The notes: generated from the sequence alone by a model not told the origin. Counted from the first letter of the stretch, positions 21,617-31,524 are shown. The stretch is 64,000 nucleotides of DNA from an uncultured Chloroflexia bacterium (GCA_963774265.1 CAVZDU010000001.1:1184001-1248000), one strand, 5' to 3'. A program made the numbers and translations.

Positions 21617-24172
21617 GTGGAGGATGTTATGCAGAAGGTATGGTTAGATCCTGACCTGCGGGGGAAGCTGGGCAAGATCGGTGGCATTGTTTTGCTCGTC
21701 GCGACCCTGGCTGGCGTGGCGGTCGCGGCCGGGAGCTGCGGCCTCTTGCCGCGGCTGGCGCCGGTGCAAGCGGGTCGCGGAACGCCTACCGCAACGGCGC
21801 CCGCCATCACCGGGTCGCCCATCGTCGAGATCGCGCCGGTGGCCGGCGGCTCAGGCACGCGCATCACTGTGACGGGCCGCAACTGGCAGCCGGGCAACAC
21901 GATCTTCGTGCGCCTGGAGGATGTCGAAACGGGGCAGATGCCGGGCGTGGACCAGGCGTCCGCGATCGTGACCGACCAGGGCGACTTCGTGATCCGCTTC
22001 ACCTATCCTTACGATCCGCGCTGGGCATTGCTGCCCCGCACGCTGGTGACGGTGATCGACCCGGCCACGGGGCAGCGCGCGAACGCGGAGTTCCGCATCC
22101 TGACCCCGGCGACGGCGACGCCCACCGCAACACCCACCGCCATCCTGACCGCCACGGCCCTTCCGACGCGCGTGCAGCCGACGGCTGTCGTGCCGACCCA
22201 GGTCGCACCGCGGCCGACGGCGACGCGGGTCAGGCCGACCGCAACGCGGGTCCCGCCCACGGCAGTTCCGCCGACCGCAACGCCGGCGCCCGTCATCACG
22301 GAGTGGCGCGGGGAGTACTGGACCAACCTCAACCTGACCGGGGCGCCGAACGTCGTGCGCAATGATCCGGCGGTCGACTTCAGTTGGGGCCTCGGGTCGC
22401 CGGCCAGCCAGGTGCCGGTCGACAGCTTCTCGGCCCGCTGGACGCGCACGCTGGACTTCGCCTCGGGGACCTACCGATTTACCCTGAACGTGGATGACGG
22501 CGCGCGGCTGTGGGTGGACGACCAGATTCTCATCGACGAGTGGCGGGACAACAGCGCACACGAGGTGCGCGTGGACTTCCCGCTGAGCCGGGGCCGGCAT
22601 CAGATCCGCGTCGAATACTACGAGCGCACAGGGTTGGCCCGGGTGGCGCTGCGCTGGGAGCGAACCGGCCAGATCAGCTACCCTGACTGGATGGGCGAGT
22701 ACTGGAGCAATACGGACCTGTCGGGCGCGCCGGTGCTTACGCGCAACGATCGCATGATCGACTTTGCCTGGTCGACGGGGTCTCCCGCGGCCGGGCTGCC
22801 CGCCAACAACTTCTCGGCCCGTTGGACCCGGCAACTGGTGTTCGCGCCCGGCGTGTACCGGTTCTTCAGCCTGGGCGACGACGGCATGCGCGCGTATGTG
22901 GATGGTCGACTGGTGCTGGACCGGTGGTTCGACCAGAGCGCGTCTGATCCGTATTCGGTCGATGTGAACCTGGGCGGCCCGGCCACCATCGTGGTGGAGT
23001 ACTACGAGCGCACAGGGGGTGCGACGGCGCGGTTCTGGTGGCAGCAGATCGTCGTGCCCCCGCCGCCGCCGACCGTGACGGCCACCCGGACGGCGACCGC
23101 GACGCGAACTGCGACGGCTACGTCGACCGCGACCGCGACGGCCACGGCGACGGCTACGCCGACGGCGACGGTGACATCGATCGTCACGTCGACGCCGACC
23201 GCGACGGCCACGGCGACGGCTACGTCGACCGCGACATCGATCTACACGTCGACGCCAACCGCGACGGCGACGGCGACGGCTACGCCGACGGCGACATCGA
23301 TCTACACGTCGACGCCAACTGCGACATCGACCGCGACGGCTACGCCGACGGCGACATCGATCTTTACGTCGACGCCGACTGCGACTGCGACTGCGACCGC
23401 TACCGCAACGTCGACGCCGACCGCGACCGCCACGGCGACGCCGACTGAGACTCCGACTGAGACGCCGACTGCGACAGCGACTGCTACCGAGACGCCGGAG
23501 CCAACCGCAACGCCTACTCAGACGGCTACCGCGACAGCGACCGCTACGGAAACGCCGACTGAGACGCCGACCGCGACCGCGACTGCGACCGCTACCGAGA
23601 CGCCGACTGAGACCGGCGAAACGACGCCCATCACCCAGACACCTACGGCGACCCCGAGCGCGACGGCCTCTCCGACGGCGGCCGCGCCGGCGGTGACGGC
23701 CAGGCTGAGCGAGATCCTGCCTAATCCGAAGGCCGTGAACTGGGACCGGCGCGGTAAGGCGGACGCGCAAGATGAATGGATCGAGCTCTTCAACCCGACC
23801 CGGCGGCCGGTGGACCTGGGGGGCTGGTCCGTGACGGTGCAAGCCCCGGGCAAGCGATTGGTCCAGACGTATCGTTTCGCCAGGCGAACGACGATCCCGG
23901 CGGGCGGGCACCTGGTGCTCTACCAGCGGGATACACGGCTCGTGCTGGATGACCTGACCGCGACGGTGCGGCTGCTCGACGCGGATGGCGAGGTGGTTGA
24001 CTCGGTGACTTACGAGAAGCTGGGACCGGATGAGAGCATCAGCCGGGACGCGGCCGGCGAGTGGCACGCGGGCTGGGCCCCGACGCCGGGCGAGGAGAAT
24101 GTCGCTCCGCTGCCGGCATTGAAGCGGGGGATCAGGATCACGCCTACGCCGCGGACCGGGACGCGACCGTAG
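21617..24172 (+). CDS. Membrane-anchored surface protein: Ig-like domain, two PA14 domains, Thr/Ala/Pro-rich linker, lamin-tail domain
   Basis: N-terminal TM; two WxGEYW.N..L.G.P...R.D..DF.W...FSARWTR...DDG.R..VD..EYYE units; EILPNP..DEWIELFN..VDLGGW (LTD). Confidence 0.85.
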   Translation: MEDVMQKVWLDPDLRGKLGKIGGIVLLVATLAGVAVAAGSCGLLPRLAPVQAGRGTPTATAPAITGSPIVEIAPVAGGSGTRITVTGRNWQPGNTIFVRLEDVETGQMPGVDQASAIVTDQGDFVIRFTYPYDPRWALLPRTLVTVIDPATGQRANAEFRILTPATATPTATPTAILTATALPTRVQPTAVVPTQVAPRPTATRVRPTATRVPPTAVPPTATPAPVITEWRGEYWTNLNLTGAPNVVRNDPAVDFSWGLGSPASQVPVDSFSARWTRTLDFASGTYRFTLNVDDGARLWVDDQILIDEWRDNSAHEVRVDFPLSRGRHQIRVEYYERTGLARVALRWERTGQISYPDWMGEYWSNTDLSGAPVLTRNDRMIDFAWSTGSPAAGLPANNFSARWTRQLVFAPGVYRFFSLGDDGMRAYVDGRLVLDRWFDQSASDPYSVDVNLGGPATIVVEYYERTGGATARFWWQQIVVPPPPPTVTATRTATATRTATATSTATATATATATPTATVTSIVTSTPTATATATATSTATSIYTSTPTATATATATPTATSIYTSTPTATSTATATPTATSIFTSTPTATATATATATSTPTATATATPTETPTETPTATATATETPEPTATPTQTATATATATETPTETPTATATATATETPTETGETTPITQTPTATPSATASPTAAAPAVTARLSEILPNPKAVNWDRRGKADAQDEWIELFNPTRRPVDLGGWSVTVQAPGKRLVQTYRFARRTTIPAGGHLVLYQRDTRLVLDDLTATVRLLDADGEVVDSVTYEKLGPDESISRDAAGEWHAGWAPTPGEENVAPLPALKRGIRITPTPRTGTRP
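23170..23415 (+). repeat. Four 60-bp coding tandem repeats (TSI[VYF]TSTPTATATATATPTA)
   Basis: ACATCGATC..CACGTCGACGCC recurs with a 60-bp period inside the linker. Confidence 0.85.
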
Positions 24173-24193
24173 GGACGAGGGGTTAGAGGGAGG

Positions 24194-24222
24194 GCGCCGG
24201 GATCGGAAGGTCCCGGCGTTTT
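24194..24222 (+). terminator. Intrinsic terminator after the PA14 protein gene
   Basis: GCGCCGGGATC-GGAA-GGTCCCGGCGT followed by TTT. Confidence 0.75.
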
Positions 24223-24535
24223 CGCGTTAAGCGTCGCCTGCGGTTCCGAATCGCAGGCTGAACCAGGCGCCAAACCGGCTGAAGCCGGTTGCGCAAGCCG
24301 GCGTGGCGGCCGATGCGGTCCGTTAGCCCGATGAATGAGGCTGAACGGGCGAGGTCACGCGTCCTGGCGCATTCCCGCGGCGCGATCAACCGCGGCCACG
24401 AAGCAGGCGGCGCTGTAGCGTCATATGACCACCGATATGACCTCCGGCACTGTGTTAAGTGACCGGGTTCCTATAGGATAGGGTCAAGATCAATTCGATC
24501 GAAGTATCCATCCGTTACACAATTTGGAGGTCAAA

Positions 24536-25889
24536 ATGAATCGCAAAACTCGTATCTTTACCCTGCTTACCCTGTTCGTCCTGGCCCTGTTCATCTTCGT
24601 CCCGGCGGCGTCGGCTTACGATGGCCGCAGCGGCGATAGAGTGGTGATCGGCAAGGACGAGGTCATCAATGATGATCTGTTCGTGGGCGGGACCACAGTG
24701 ATCGTGGATGGCACGGTCAATGGCGACTTGATCGCCGGGGGCCAGACCGTGATCATCAACGGCAAGGTCACCGGCAACGTGATCGCGGCCGGCTCGAGCG
24801 TCACCGTGAATGGCGAGGTGGGCCATGATGTCTTTGCCGCGGGCGCCGCGGTGACGATTGGGCCCGACGCACGGATCGGGCACAATGCCTATACGGCGGG
24901 CGCCAGCGTGGAGAGCCAGGCGGGCAGCCAGATCGGCGGCTCGCTGCTGATCGGCGCCGGCCAGGGCCTGGTCTCCGGGCAGATCACCAACGATCTGCTG
25001 GCGGGCGCCAGTCGCCTGCGCCTGGAAGGCACGGTGGGTCGCAACGCGAAGATCGCGTCGACACCTCGAACGACCGGTTCTTCGCCCAGCTACATGCTAC
25101 GGCCCGAACACGCCGCCGATGCCCTCCGTCCAGCCTGGCCTGACCTTTGGCCCTGAAGCGCACGTTGCCGGCAGCCTGGAGTACGTCAGCCCCGAGACGG
25201 TCGCAGGGCGCCGCCAGCGTATCCTCTCAGGTCACGCATACCCTGCCGCCCCAGGATCAACAGCTGTCCCGGGAGCTGGCCCAACGGCAGAGCACCTCCT
25301 CCTACGTGTTCGACGCGCTGCGCCGCCTGGTCGCCCTGCTGCTGGTTGGCCTGCTCATCGCCTGGCTGGCCCCCCGCTGGATCACCGGCCCTGCCGAGAA
25401 GCTGCTGTCCGCCCGCTGCCCAGCCTGGGGATTGGTCTGGTCGGCCTGGTCGCCGCTCCGATCAGCTGGTTCGTGGCGCTCGGCGTGGTCATCCTGATCG
25501 CGGTGATCTTCGGACTGCTGAGCCTGGGCGGCCTGACGGGCCTGACCCTGCTGGCCGGTCTTCCCGCCCTGGGCCTGGCTTTCGTCGCCATCCTGTTCGT
25601 GCTGAGCTACCTGTGCCAGGCGATCGTCGCCTACCTGGGTGGGCGCTGGATCCTCAGCCGCATCCGCCCGGAGTGGAACAGCAGGATCTACGCACCGCTG
25701 CTGATCGGCCTGCTCATCCTGGGCCTGCTCTTCGCCGTGCCGGTCGCCGGCGGCATGCTCCAGTTCCTGGTCGTCCTGGCTGGCCTGGGCGCCATCGCCC
25801 TGGTGCTCTTCCAGGGCCGCCCGGCGCCCCAGACGCCCGCCGAAGTTCCTGCGACCGTCTCAGGCGTGATCCTGGCACATCGCACGTAG
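24536..25889 (+). CDS. Bactofilin-like beta-helix domain plus C-terminal multi-TM domain (frameshifted)
   Basis: Signal peptide ending ASA; repeated V.V.G.V.GD(L/V).A.G units; hydrophobic C-terminal half. Confidence 0.75.
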
Positions 25890-25958
25890 CCAGGTGGCGG
25901 TCGTGCGCAGGTCGGCGCACAATCACCACCTGGCGGCATTTTGTGGTTTAATGGGCCT

Positions 25959-27135
25959 ATGCAGCGCTTCTCTCGTCTCGACCGGTTATCGCTTGTCGCC
26001 TATCTCACCCTGGCCGGGGTGACTGCCGCCGGCTTGTGGGAGATCGACCGCATCCTGCTGCGCTGGCTCGCCCTGGGTCTCCTGGTGGGCTTTGGCCTGC
26101 TGCACAGCCGCCTGCCGGAGCAAGATGGCTCGCCGAGAAGCCAGCGCCTGGCCAACCTGATCATCGCCCTGCAGACCGGGCTGGTGGTCGTGCTGATCGA
26201 AACCACCCGGGCCGGTTTTCCATTCGTCCTCCTGTTCTTCATCCTGAGCGTGACGGTCATGCTCTACAACCCGCTGCGCCCGGGCCTGCTGTGGCTGGGA
26301 GGCTTCATCCTGCTCACCGGCTGGTTCTTCTTCGAGCAGGAAGGCCTGGGCGGCGGGCTGCGGGCGATGGCGATCTATGCGGGCGGTTTCCTGTTCTTCG
26401 GCGTCGTCACCAATGCGCTCACCCAGGCGCGCCTGACCCAACGCCAGAACGCCCTGCTGCTGGGCGAGCTGCAGGCCAAGAACCGCCAGCTCGAAGAATA
26501 CGCCGCGCAGGTTGAAACGCTGGCGGTCGTCGAAGAGCGCAACCGGCTGGCGCGGGAGATGCACGATACCATCGGCCACCGGCTGACGACCGCGGCCGTC
26601 CAACTGGAGGGGGCCCAGCGCCTGGCGCCCAGCGAGCCCGAGCGGGCCGCCGCGATGATCGGCGCCGGCCGCCAGCAGGTGCGCGAGGCGCTGCAAGACC
26701 TGCGCCAGACGGTCGGGCGGCTGCGCGAGCCGGTCGAAATCGAGCTTTCGCTGCCGCAGGCGCTGCACCGCCTGGCCGCCAGTTTCCAGGAAGCGACCGG
26801 CCTGGCGATCCACCTGGAGCTGCCCGAAAATGCCTGCGAGGTGACTTCCGCCCAGCGCCTGGCCCTCTACCGCACCGCGCAGGAGGGTCTGACCAACATC
26901 CAGCGCCATGCCGCCGCTCACCAGGCCTGGCTGCACCTGGAATGCTCGCCCGACCAGATTCGCCTGCAGGTGATCGATGATGGCCGCGGCCTTGACGGCC
27001 GGCAACCCCAGCACCGGCTTTGGCCTGCGCGGCCTGCAAGAGCGGGCGGCCCAGCTGGGCGGCGCAATCACGCTTTCAGACCGGCCGGGCGGCGGCACGA
27101 TCCTGACGATCCAGCTCCCCATTCAGGGAGGATAA
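25959..27135 (+). CDS. Membrane sensor histidine kinase, HisKA_3/NarL-type (frameshift near 26995)
   Basis: EERNRLAREMHDTIGH, YRTAQEGLTNIQRHA, DDGRG; shifted frame continues GFGLRGLQERAAQLGG...GGGT and stops at a TAATG overlap. Confidence 0.9.
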
Positions 27136-27803
27136 TGGCCATGGAACCTATCCGTATCTTGATCGTCGATGACCAGCGCCTGATGCGTGAAGGCTTGCGC
27201 ACGCTGCTGGAGCTGGAAGGCGACCTGGCGGTCGCGGCCGAGGCTGAGGATGGCCAGGCCGCCCTCGAGCAGTACGAAGCGATCCAGCCGGATGTCGTGC
27301 TGATGGACATTCGCATGCCCCGCCTGGATGGCGTGGAGGCCACGCGCCGCCTGCGCCAGCGCTGGCCCGAGGCGCGGGTGATCATCCTGACCACCTTCGA
27401 TGACGACGCGTACGTGTTCGATGGGCTGCGTGCCGGGGCGCTGGGCTACCTGCTCAAGGATGTCTCGGGCCAGGAGCTGGCCGAAGCCGTCCGCAAAGTC
27501 GCCGCGGGTGGGGCGCTGATCGAGCCTTCGGTGGCGCGCAAAGTGCTGGCCGAGTTCTCGCGCCTGGCTGAGCCCACCCGCCCGGCCCTCGACCGCCTCC
27601 CCGAGCCGCTGTCGGAACGCGAACAGGAGATTCTGCGCCTGCTGGCGTCGGGCGCCAACAACCGCCAGATCGCCAGCCAGCTCTTCCTGGCCGAAGGCAC
27701 GGTCAAGAACTACATCTCGACCATCCTGGACAAACTGGGAGTGCAAGACCGCACCCAGGCCGCCTTGCGCGCCCGCGAGCTTGGGCTGTTGAATCCCGGG
27801 TAA
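27135..27803 (+). CDS. NarL/LuxR-family response regulator
   Basis: IRILIVDD, PDVVLMDIRMP, LTTFDDD, GYLLKD, LSEREQEILRL..G.NN.QIA..L.L.EGTVKNY. Confidence 0.95.
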   Translation: MAMEPIRILIVDDQRLMREGLRTLLELEGDLAVAAEAEDGQAALEQYEAIQPDVVLMDIRMPRLDGVEATRRLRQRWPEARVIILTTFDDDAYVFDGLRAGALGYLLKDVSGQELAEAVRKVAAGGALIEPSVARKVLAEFSRLAEPTRPALDRLPEPLSEREQEILRLLASGANNRQIASQLFLAEGTVKNYISTILDKLGVQDRTQAALRARELGLLNPG

Positions 27804-27838
27804 TCAGCCTGCGTTGACAGTCCCGTGGGGATTTGCAC

Positions 27839-29616
27839 TGTAGTGGGCAGAGAGGTTCGTCCGCTATGTAGGGTAGAGAGGTTCGACCGGGGGTGGTACT
27901 TCTTTCCACGGGCAGGTTCTGATCCAGGCGGCCTCGGTGGTGTAGATCGCCAGGCCTTCAGGAGTGGCGGCCACGCCGACGATTTGTCCTTTGTGGGCTC
28001 GCCCGACATAGTAGAAGCGTTTGTGAAAGGCAACCTGGCCCAGTTGCGTCACGCGGCGGGTCTGAAAGGGTGTGAAGGGGCGTGGCTGCGGCGGTGGGAG
28101 CTTGGCGGGTTGGGCGGTGGGCTGCGCTTGTGGGAAGAGGTGCTTGCAGGGCAGCGATTTGGTTGAGCCGTCGGGCAAAGTGACCTGCCAGCAATCGCCG
28201 ACACGCTCAAGGCACAGCTGTTGACCGATCCAGGCGATCCCGACGTAGTAGAGATAGCTGTTGAGGGCGATGTTGCCGCGTCGATTGACGATCCGTGTCA
28301 GCGATCGCGGGGACAGGGCGGGGAGAGGCAAGGCCGGGGATTGCTCGGCGGCCGGCTCCAGGTCGTAAGTGCGTTGCCAGCCGTCGCTCGCTTGGGCCAC
28401 CGCTGACCAGCCGCTCACGGTGACGGCGATGGTTTGCCGCGCATAACGCCGCTGGAAGGGGAACGTGCGCCCACACAGGCTGATCCGGCCATCGGCTTGG
28501 ACCTGGCGCGTCACCACGGTTGGCTCGAGCGTGATAGGCACCTGTGCGGGGTCGAAATCATCGGGCAAGCGCCGGGAACTCGGCTGATAGACGGTGACCG
28601 GCGGCTGATCCTGACACCGGCTATGACACCGTTCGTGGTTATAGAAGCCGCGGCTGGCCTCCATGGCCTGGGGCAAGTCAGCGCCGACCTCCGGCAAGGC
28701 GCCTTCTTCACGGCAGGTGCGGACGTAACGCTCGACCACGCCGTTCCACCAAGGCTGCTTGGGTCCCACCAGCAGATGATGGATGCCTAACGCGCTCAGC
28801 ACGCGGGTCAACAGGCTCGGCAGACCGCTGATGGCATCGAACCAGAGCTTGTCATGATCGGTCTTGACGATGGCCGGCAAGCCGTATTGGCGGGCGACCG
28901 CGAGAAAGCTCTCCACCACCAGCGCTTCGGTCAGTGTCGGCGCCGTGAGTTGCCCTAACGCGTAGCGGCTGTGCAAGTCGATCCAGTGCAACGTGTACCA
29001 GCGGGAACCGTCAGCAGGTTGACTGACCTGAATATCAGCCGCCCAGATCAAGTTGCAGCTCAGATAATCGATCTGCCGCGCCGCGGCCTTGGCCAGGGCA
29101 GCGAGCGCTGGCGCTTGCAGTTCCGGGTGGCGTGCCAGGACACACCGCACGCGGCCCTCACTGACCGAGGCGCGCCGCTGCACAGCATCGCGCATGCGCC
29201 AGCGGAGTTGTTTGGCGATCTGCCGTCGGCCCCACGCCGGATGTGCTTGCTTGAGGGTACAGATGGCCCGCTCGAGGTCCGCTGGCGTGCGTTGCGGGCT
29301 ACACTCAGGCCGTGAGGACGCATCCTGCAGGCTGCTAAGACCCTTTGCCTTATCATAACGTGCAAATGTCCGCCGCACCCACCGTGCCGGCCGCTGCAAC
29401 GTCTGCGCAATTTCCCGGCGATTGAGACCCTTCTGCTCAAGGTCAACGGCGGCGCATCGATCAGCATAATCGCGAGCTGGACAACGCGGCATGGCAGCAC
29501 CCCCTTTCCGCGTTGGGAGGTGCTGTACAGTCTAATCAGATTGTGACACCTTCAGCCATCCTGCGGTCGAACCTCTCTGCCCGGTACATAGCGGACGAAC
29601 CTCTCTGCCCACTACA
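27839..29616 (-). mobile_element. Complete IS481-like insertion sequence (1778 bp) with a 9-bp target duplication
   Basis: TGT...ACA ends; TIR TGTAGTGGGCAGAGAGGTTCGTCCGCTATGTA identical at both ends; GATTTGCAC repeated at 27830-27838 and 29617-29625. Confidence 0.9.
27864..29492 (-). CDS. IS481-like DDE transposase (HTH, rve core, three Mu-C-terminal-like repeats)
   Basis: LQDASSRP..SP, HPAWGRRQI, WAAD, KTDHD, NGVVERY, YNHER.HS. Confidence 0.88.
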   Translation of the reverse strand: MPRCPARDYADRCAAVDLEQKGLNRREIAQTLQRPARWVRRTFARYDKAKGLSSLQDASSRPECSPQRTPADLERAICTLKQAHPAWGRRQIAKQLRWRMRDAVQRRASVSEGRVRCVLARHPELQAPALAALAKAAARQIDYLSCNLIWAADIQVSQPADGSRWYTLHWIDLHSRYALGQLTAPTLTEALVVESFLAVARQYGLPAIVKTDHDKLWFDAISGLPSLLTRVLSALGIHHLLVGPKQPWWNGVVERYVRTCREEGALPEVGADLPQAMEASRGFYNHERCHSRCQDQPPVTVYQPSSRRLPDDFDPAQVPITLEPTVVTRQVQADGRISLCGRTFPFQRRYARQTIAVTVSGWSAVAQASDGWQRTYDLEPAAEQSPALPLPALSPRSLTRIVNRRGNIALNSYLYYVGIAWIGQQLCLERVGDCWQVTLPDGSTKSLPCKHLFPQAQPTAQPAKLPPPQPRPFTPFQTRRVTQLGQVAFHKRFYYVGRAHKGQIVGVAATPEGLAIYTTEAAWIRTCPWKEVPPPVEPLYPT

Positions 29617-29753
29617 GATTTGCACTTTGTTGCACCATGCCGGCTGTGCTATACTGCGCCCCCAGAAAGTGACATTGATCATCAGGATAAAGCCCCGCAC
29701 GATCGGACCGCCGTCGGGGCTGTGACCAGAGGGGCCGGGCCTTGGGCGCTCTA

Positions 29754-30873
29754 AGTAGGTAACAGAAAATTCGGGGCACTTCTTCGTTGCCTGATATACT
29801 GGGGTTACGGAGGGTGCCATGATCTATGTACGAACACCAACGGATGCTGAACTGCAAGAGCTCAAGCGAATGACCCGCCATGAGATCGGGCGGGTTAGCC
29901 AACGAGCGCAGATGGTTCTGCTCTCAGCGCAGCAGCGCACGGTGCCTGAGATCGCCGTCATCTTTGGCGTCAAGTACAAGACCGTGCGCAAATGGCTCCG
30001 CCGCTTCAATGCGGCCGGGCCGGCCGGACTGTATGATGAGCCGCGCAGTGGGCGGCCGCGGACGCTGACCGACCGTGTCCGTGACACTTTGGTCGACATG
30101 AGCGAGCAGGATCCCGAGCAGTCGGACTATCCCGCGACCTTGTGGACGGTTGCGATGCTGGCCTTAGCCTTGGCCGAGAAGATCGGCGTGTATCTGAGCC
30201 ATAGCACCCTGCGTCAGACGCTGCATGCGGCCGGCCTGGCCTGGAGCCGCCCACGACTCGCCATGCCCCGCAAGACTGATCCGCAGAAGGCGGCCAAGCA
30301 GTGGGCAATAGTGCAGGCCGTGATTGGGGCTGGCCCAGCTGCAGTCGTGCTGTACGCCGACGAATCGCGCATCCAGATGCTACCGTTGATTCGAGCAATG
30401 TGGCATCGGCTGGGCCAGCAGATCCGTGTCCCGACGCCCGGCAGCAATCAGACGCGCAGCCTATTTGGAGCGCTCAACATTCGCACGGGCCAGTGGACGT
30501 GGTTGATCCGCGAGCATATGCACAAAGAAGACTTCATCACTTTCCTGGAACACCTGTTGACGGTGTATGCCAGCGGTCCGATCATTCTGATCGTCGATAA
30601 CTACTCCAGCCATACGGCTAAGGCCATCGATGCCTGGCTGACTGAGCACCCGCGACTCCAGTTGCACTACCTGCCGAAGTACTGCTCGCATCTGAATCCG
30701 GTTGAGAACATCTGGCTGCGTCTCAAAGGCCAGACCGCCGCTGACCGCTTGTACGGTTCGCTGCATGGTCTGCTGGACGCCGTCACACGCTTCTTCGACC
30801 ATATGACGCCAGCGATGGCGTTGACCTGGGCCAGTCTCGACTGAAAAGTGACCCGTACTTTTTGTGACATACT
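29754..30873 (+). mobile_element. Complete IS630-family element (1120 bp) with TA duplication inside a CTAG target
   Basis: Imperfect TIRs AGTAGGTAACAGAAAATTCGGGGCACTT versus AGTATGTCACAAAAAGTACGGGTCACTT; flanks cTA|...|TAg. Confidence 0.9.
29819..30844 (+). CDS. IS630-family transposase
   Basis: D.PRSGRPR, YADES, IVDNYSSH, LPKYCSHLNPVENIW (DDE). Confidence 0.95.
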   Translation: MIYVRTPTDAELQELKRMTRHEIGRVSQRAQMVLLSAQQRTVPEIAVIFGVKYKTVRKWLRRFNAAGPAGLYDEPRSGRPRTLTDRVRDTLVDMSEQDPEQSDYPATLWTVAMLALALAEKIGVYLSHSTLRQTLHAAGLAWSRPRLAMPRKTDPQKAAKQWAIVQAVIGAGPAAVVLYADESRIQMLPLIRAMWHRLGQQIRVPTPGSNQTRSLFGALNIRTGQWTWLIREHMHKEDFITFLEHLLTVYASGPIILIVDNYSSHTAKAIDAWLTEHPRLQLHYLPKYCSHLNPVENIWLRLKGQTAADRLYGSLHGLLDAVTRFFDHMTPAMALTWASLD

Positions 30874-31073
30874 TAGTAAGACGATTGTGGCTCAGTTGTC
30901 TGCCCCAGGTCAAACCGAGGGCGGCCTTTGCATCTCTTGCAGATTGGCATCTTTCTGTTAGTCAAGAAGGCCGACACGTTGCTGCCTGATCGGCTTCATA
31001 TCTGAGTCCTGCTGGTCCGAGGAGCTGGGCGTTGCGGTCCTCAATGCATCACGTTTGTTCGGGACGTCAAGTG

Positions 31074-31111
31074 AGGCCGCAGCCTCTTTCTCTCTGGGGC
31101 CGCGGCCTTTT
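31074..31111 (+). terminator. Intrinsic terminator upstream of the hsdM/pglX remnant
   Basis: AGGCCGC...GCGGCCT stem followed by TTT. Confidence 0.6.
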
Positions 31112-31152
31112 GTCTTCTCCTGAAATATGTACAGGCGAGGAGAGCCACCCTA

Positions 31153-31524
31153 ATGCCACGTACCCGCAAGACCACGCCGACCTACTCCGCGACATCAGTG
31201 GGCGCATCTCTCCCGGCCCTGACAAAGGAACTCTGGCAGGCGGCGGTCAACTTGCGCGGCTCCATCGAACCGGCCGATTACAAACGCTACGTCCTGCCGC
31301 TGATCTTCCTGCGCTTCCTCTCGTTACGCTACGAGCGTCGGCGGGGCGAGTTCGAGAAGCGTCTGCTGAGCGTGATCCAGGCGGAGGTGAAGTGCGAGAT
31401 CCCCGACTGGGCCGAGGGGCCGTTCCGGAACGGCGCCTACGATCCGGTGCTGGACGACGGGGTGAAGGTGAACATCACGCTGCTGCAAGAGGCGGGGGTG
31501 CTGAGGTATGGGAAGGTGGTGTGA
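31153..31524 (+). pseudogene. Chimeric remnant: type I RM HsdM N-terminus fused to a BREX PglX-like C-terminus
   Basis: LWQAAVNLRGSIEPADYKRYVLPLIFLRFLS (HsdM_N) joined to ...YDPVLDDGVKVNITLLQEAGVL (PglX-type terminal motif); no methyltransferase core. Confidence 0.75.

Noticed and set aside
23070-23700. Possible CRISPR-like array
   Set aside because: The repeats are in-frame Thr/Ala/Pro linker codons without unique spacers, and no cas genes are present.
21851-24067. Long antisense ORFs (also 17804-19192, 49615-51156, 33616-34794, and the tail of 61558-63090)
   Set aside because: These are shadow frames of GC-rich genes with Arg/Gly-rich composition and no recognisable motifs.
25941-27803. 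620-aa hybrid kinase-response regulator ORF
   Set aside because: A frameshift near 26995 removes the G2 box from this frame; the other frame finishes the kinase and stops at a TAATG overlap with the regulator, so these are two genes.
27839-30873. Composite transposon or Tn7/CAST-like system
   Set aside because: Each element has its own ends and target duplication, and there is no TnsC, TniQ, Cas or TnpB gene.
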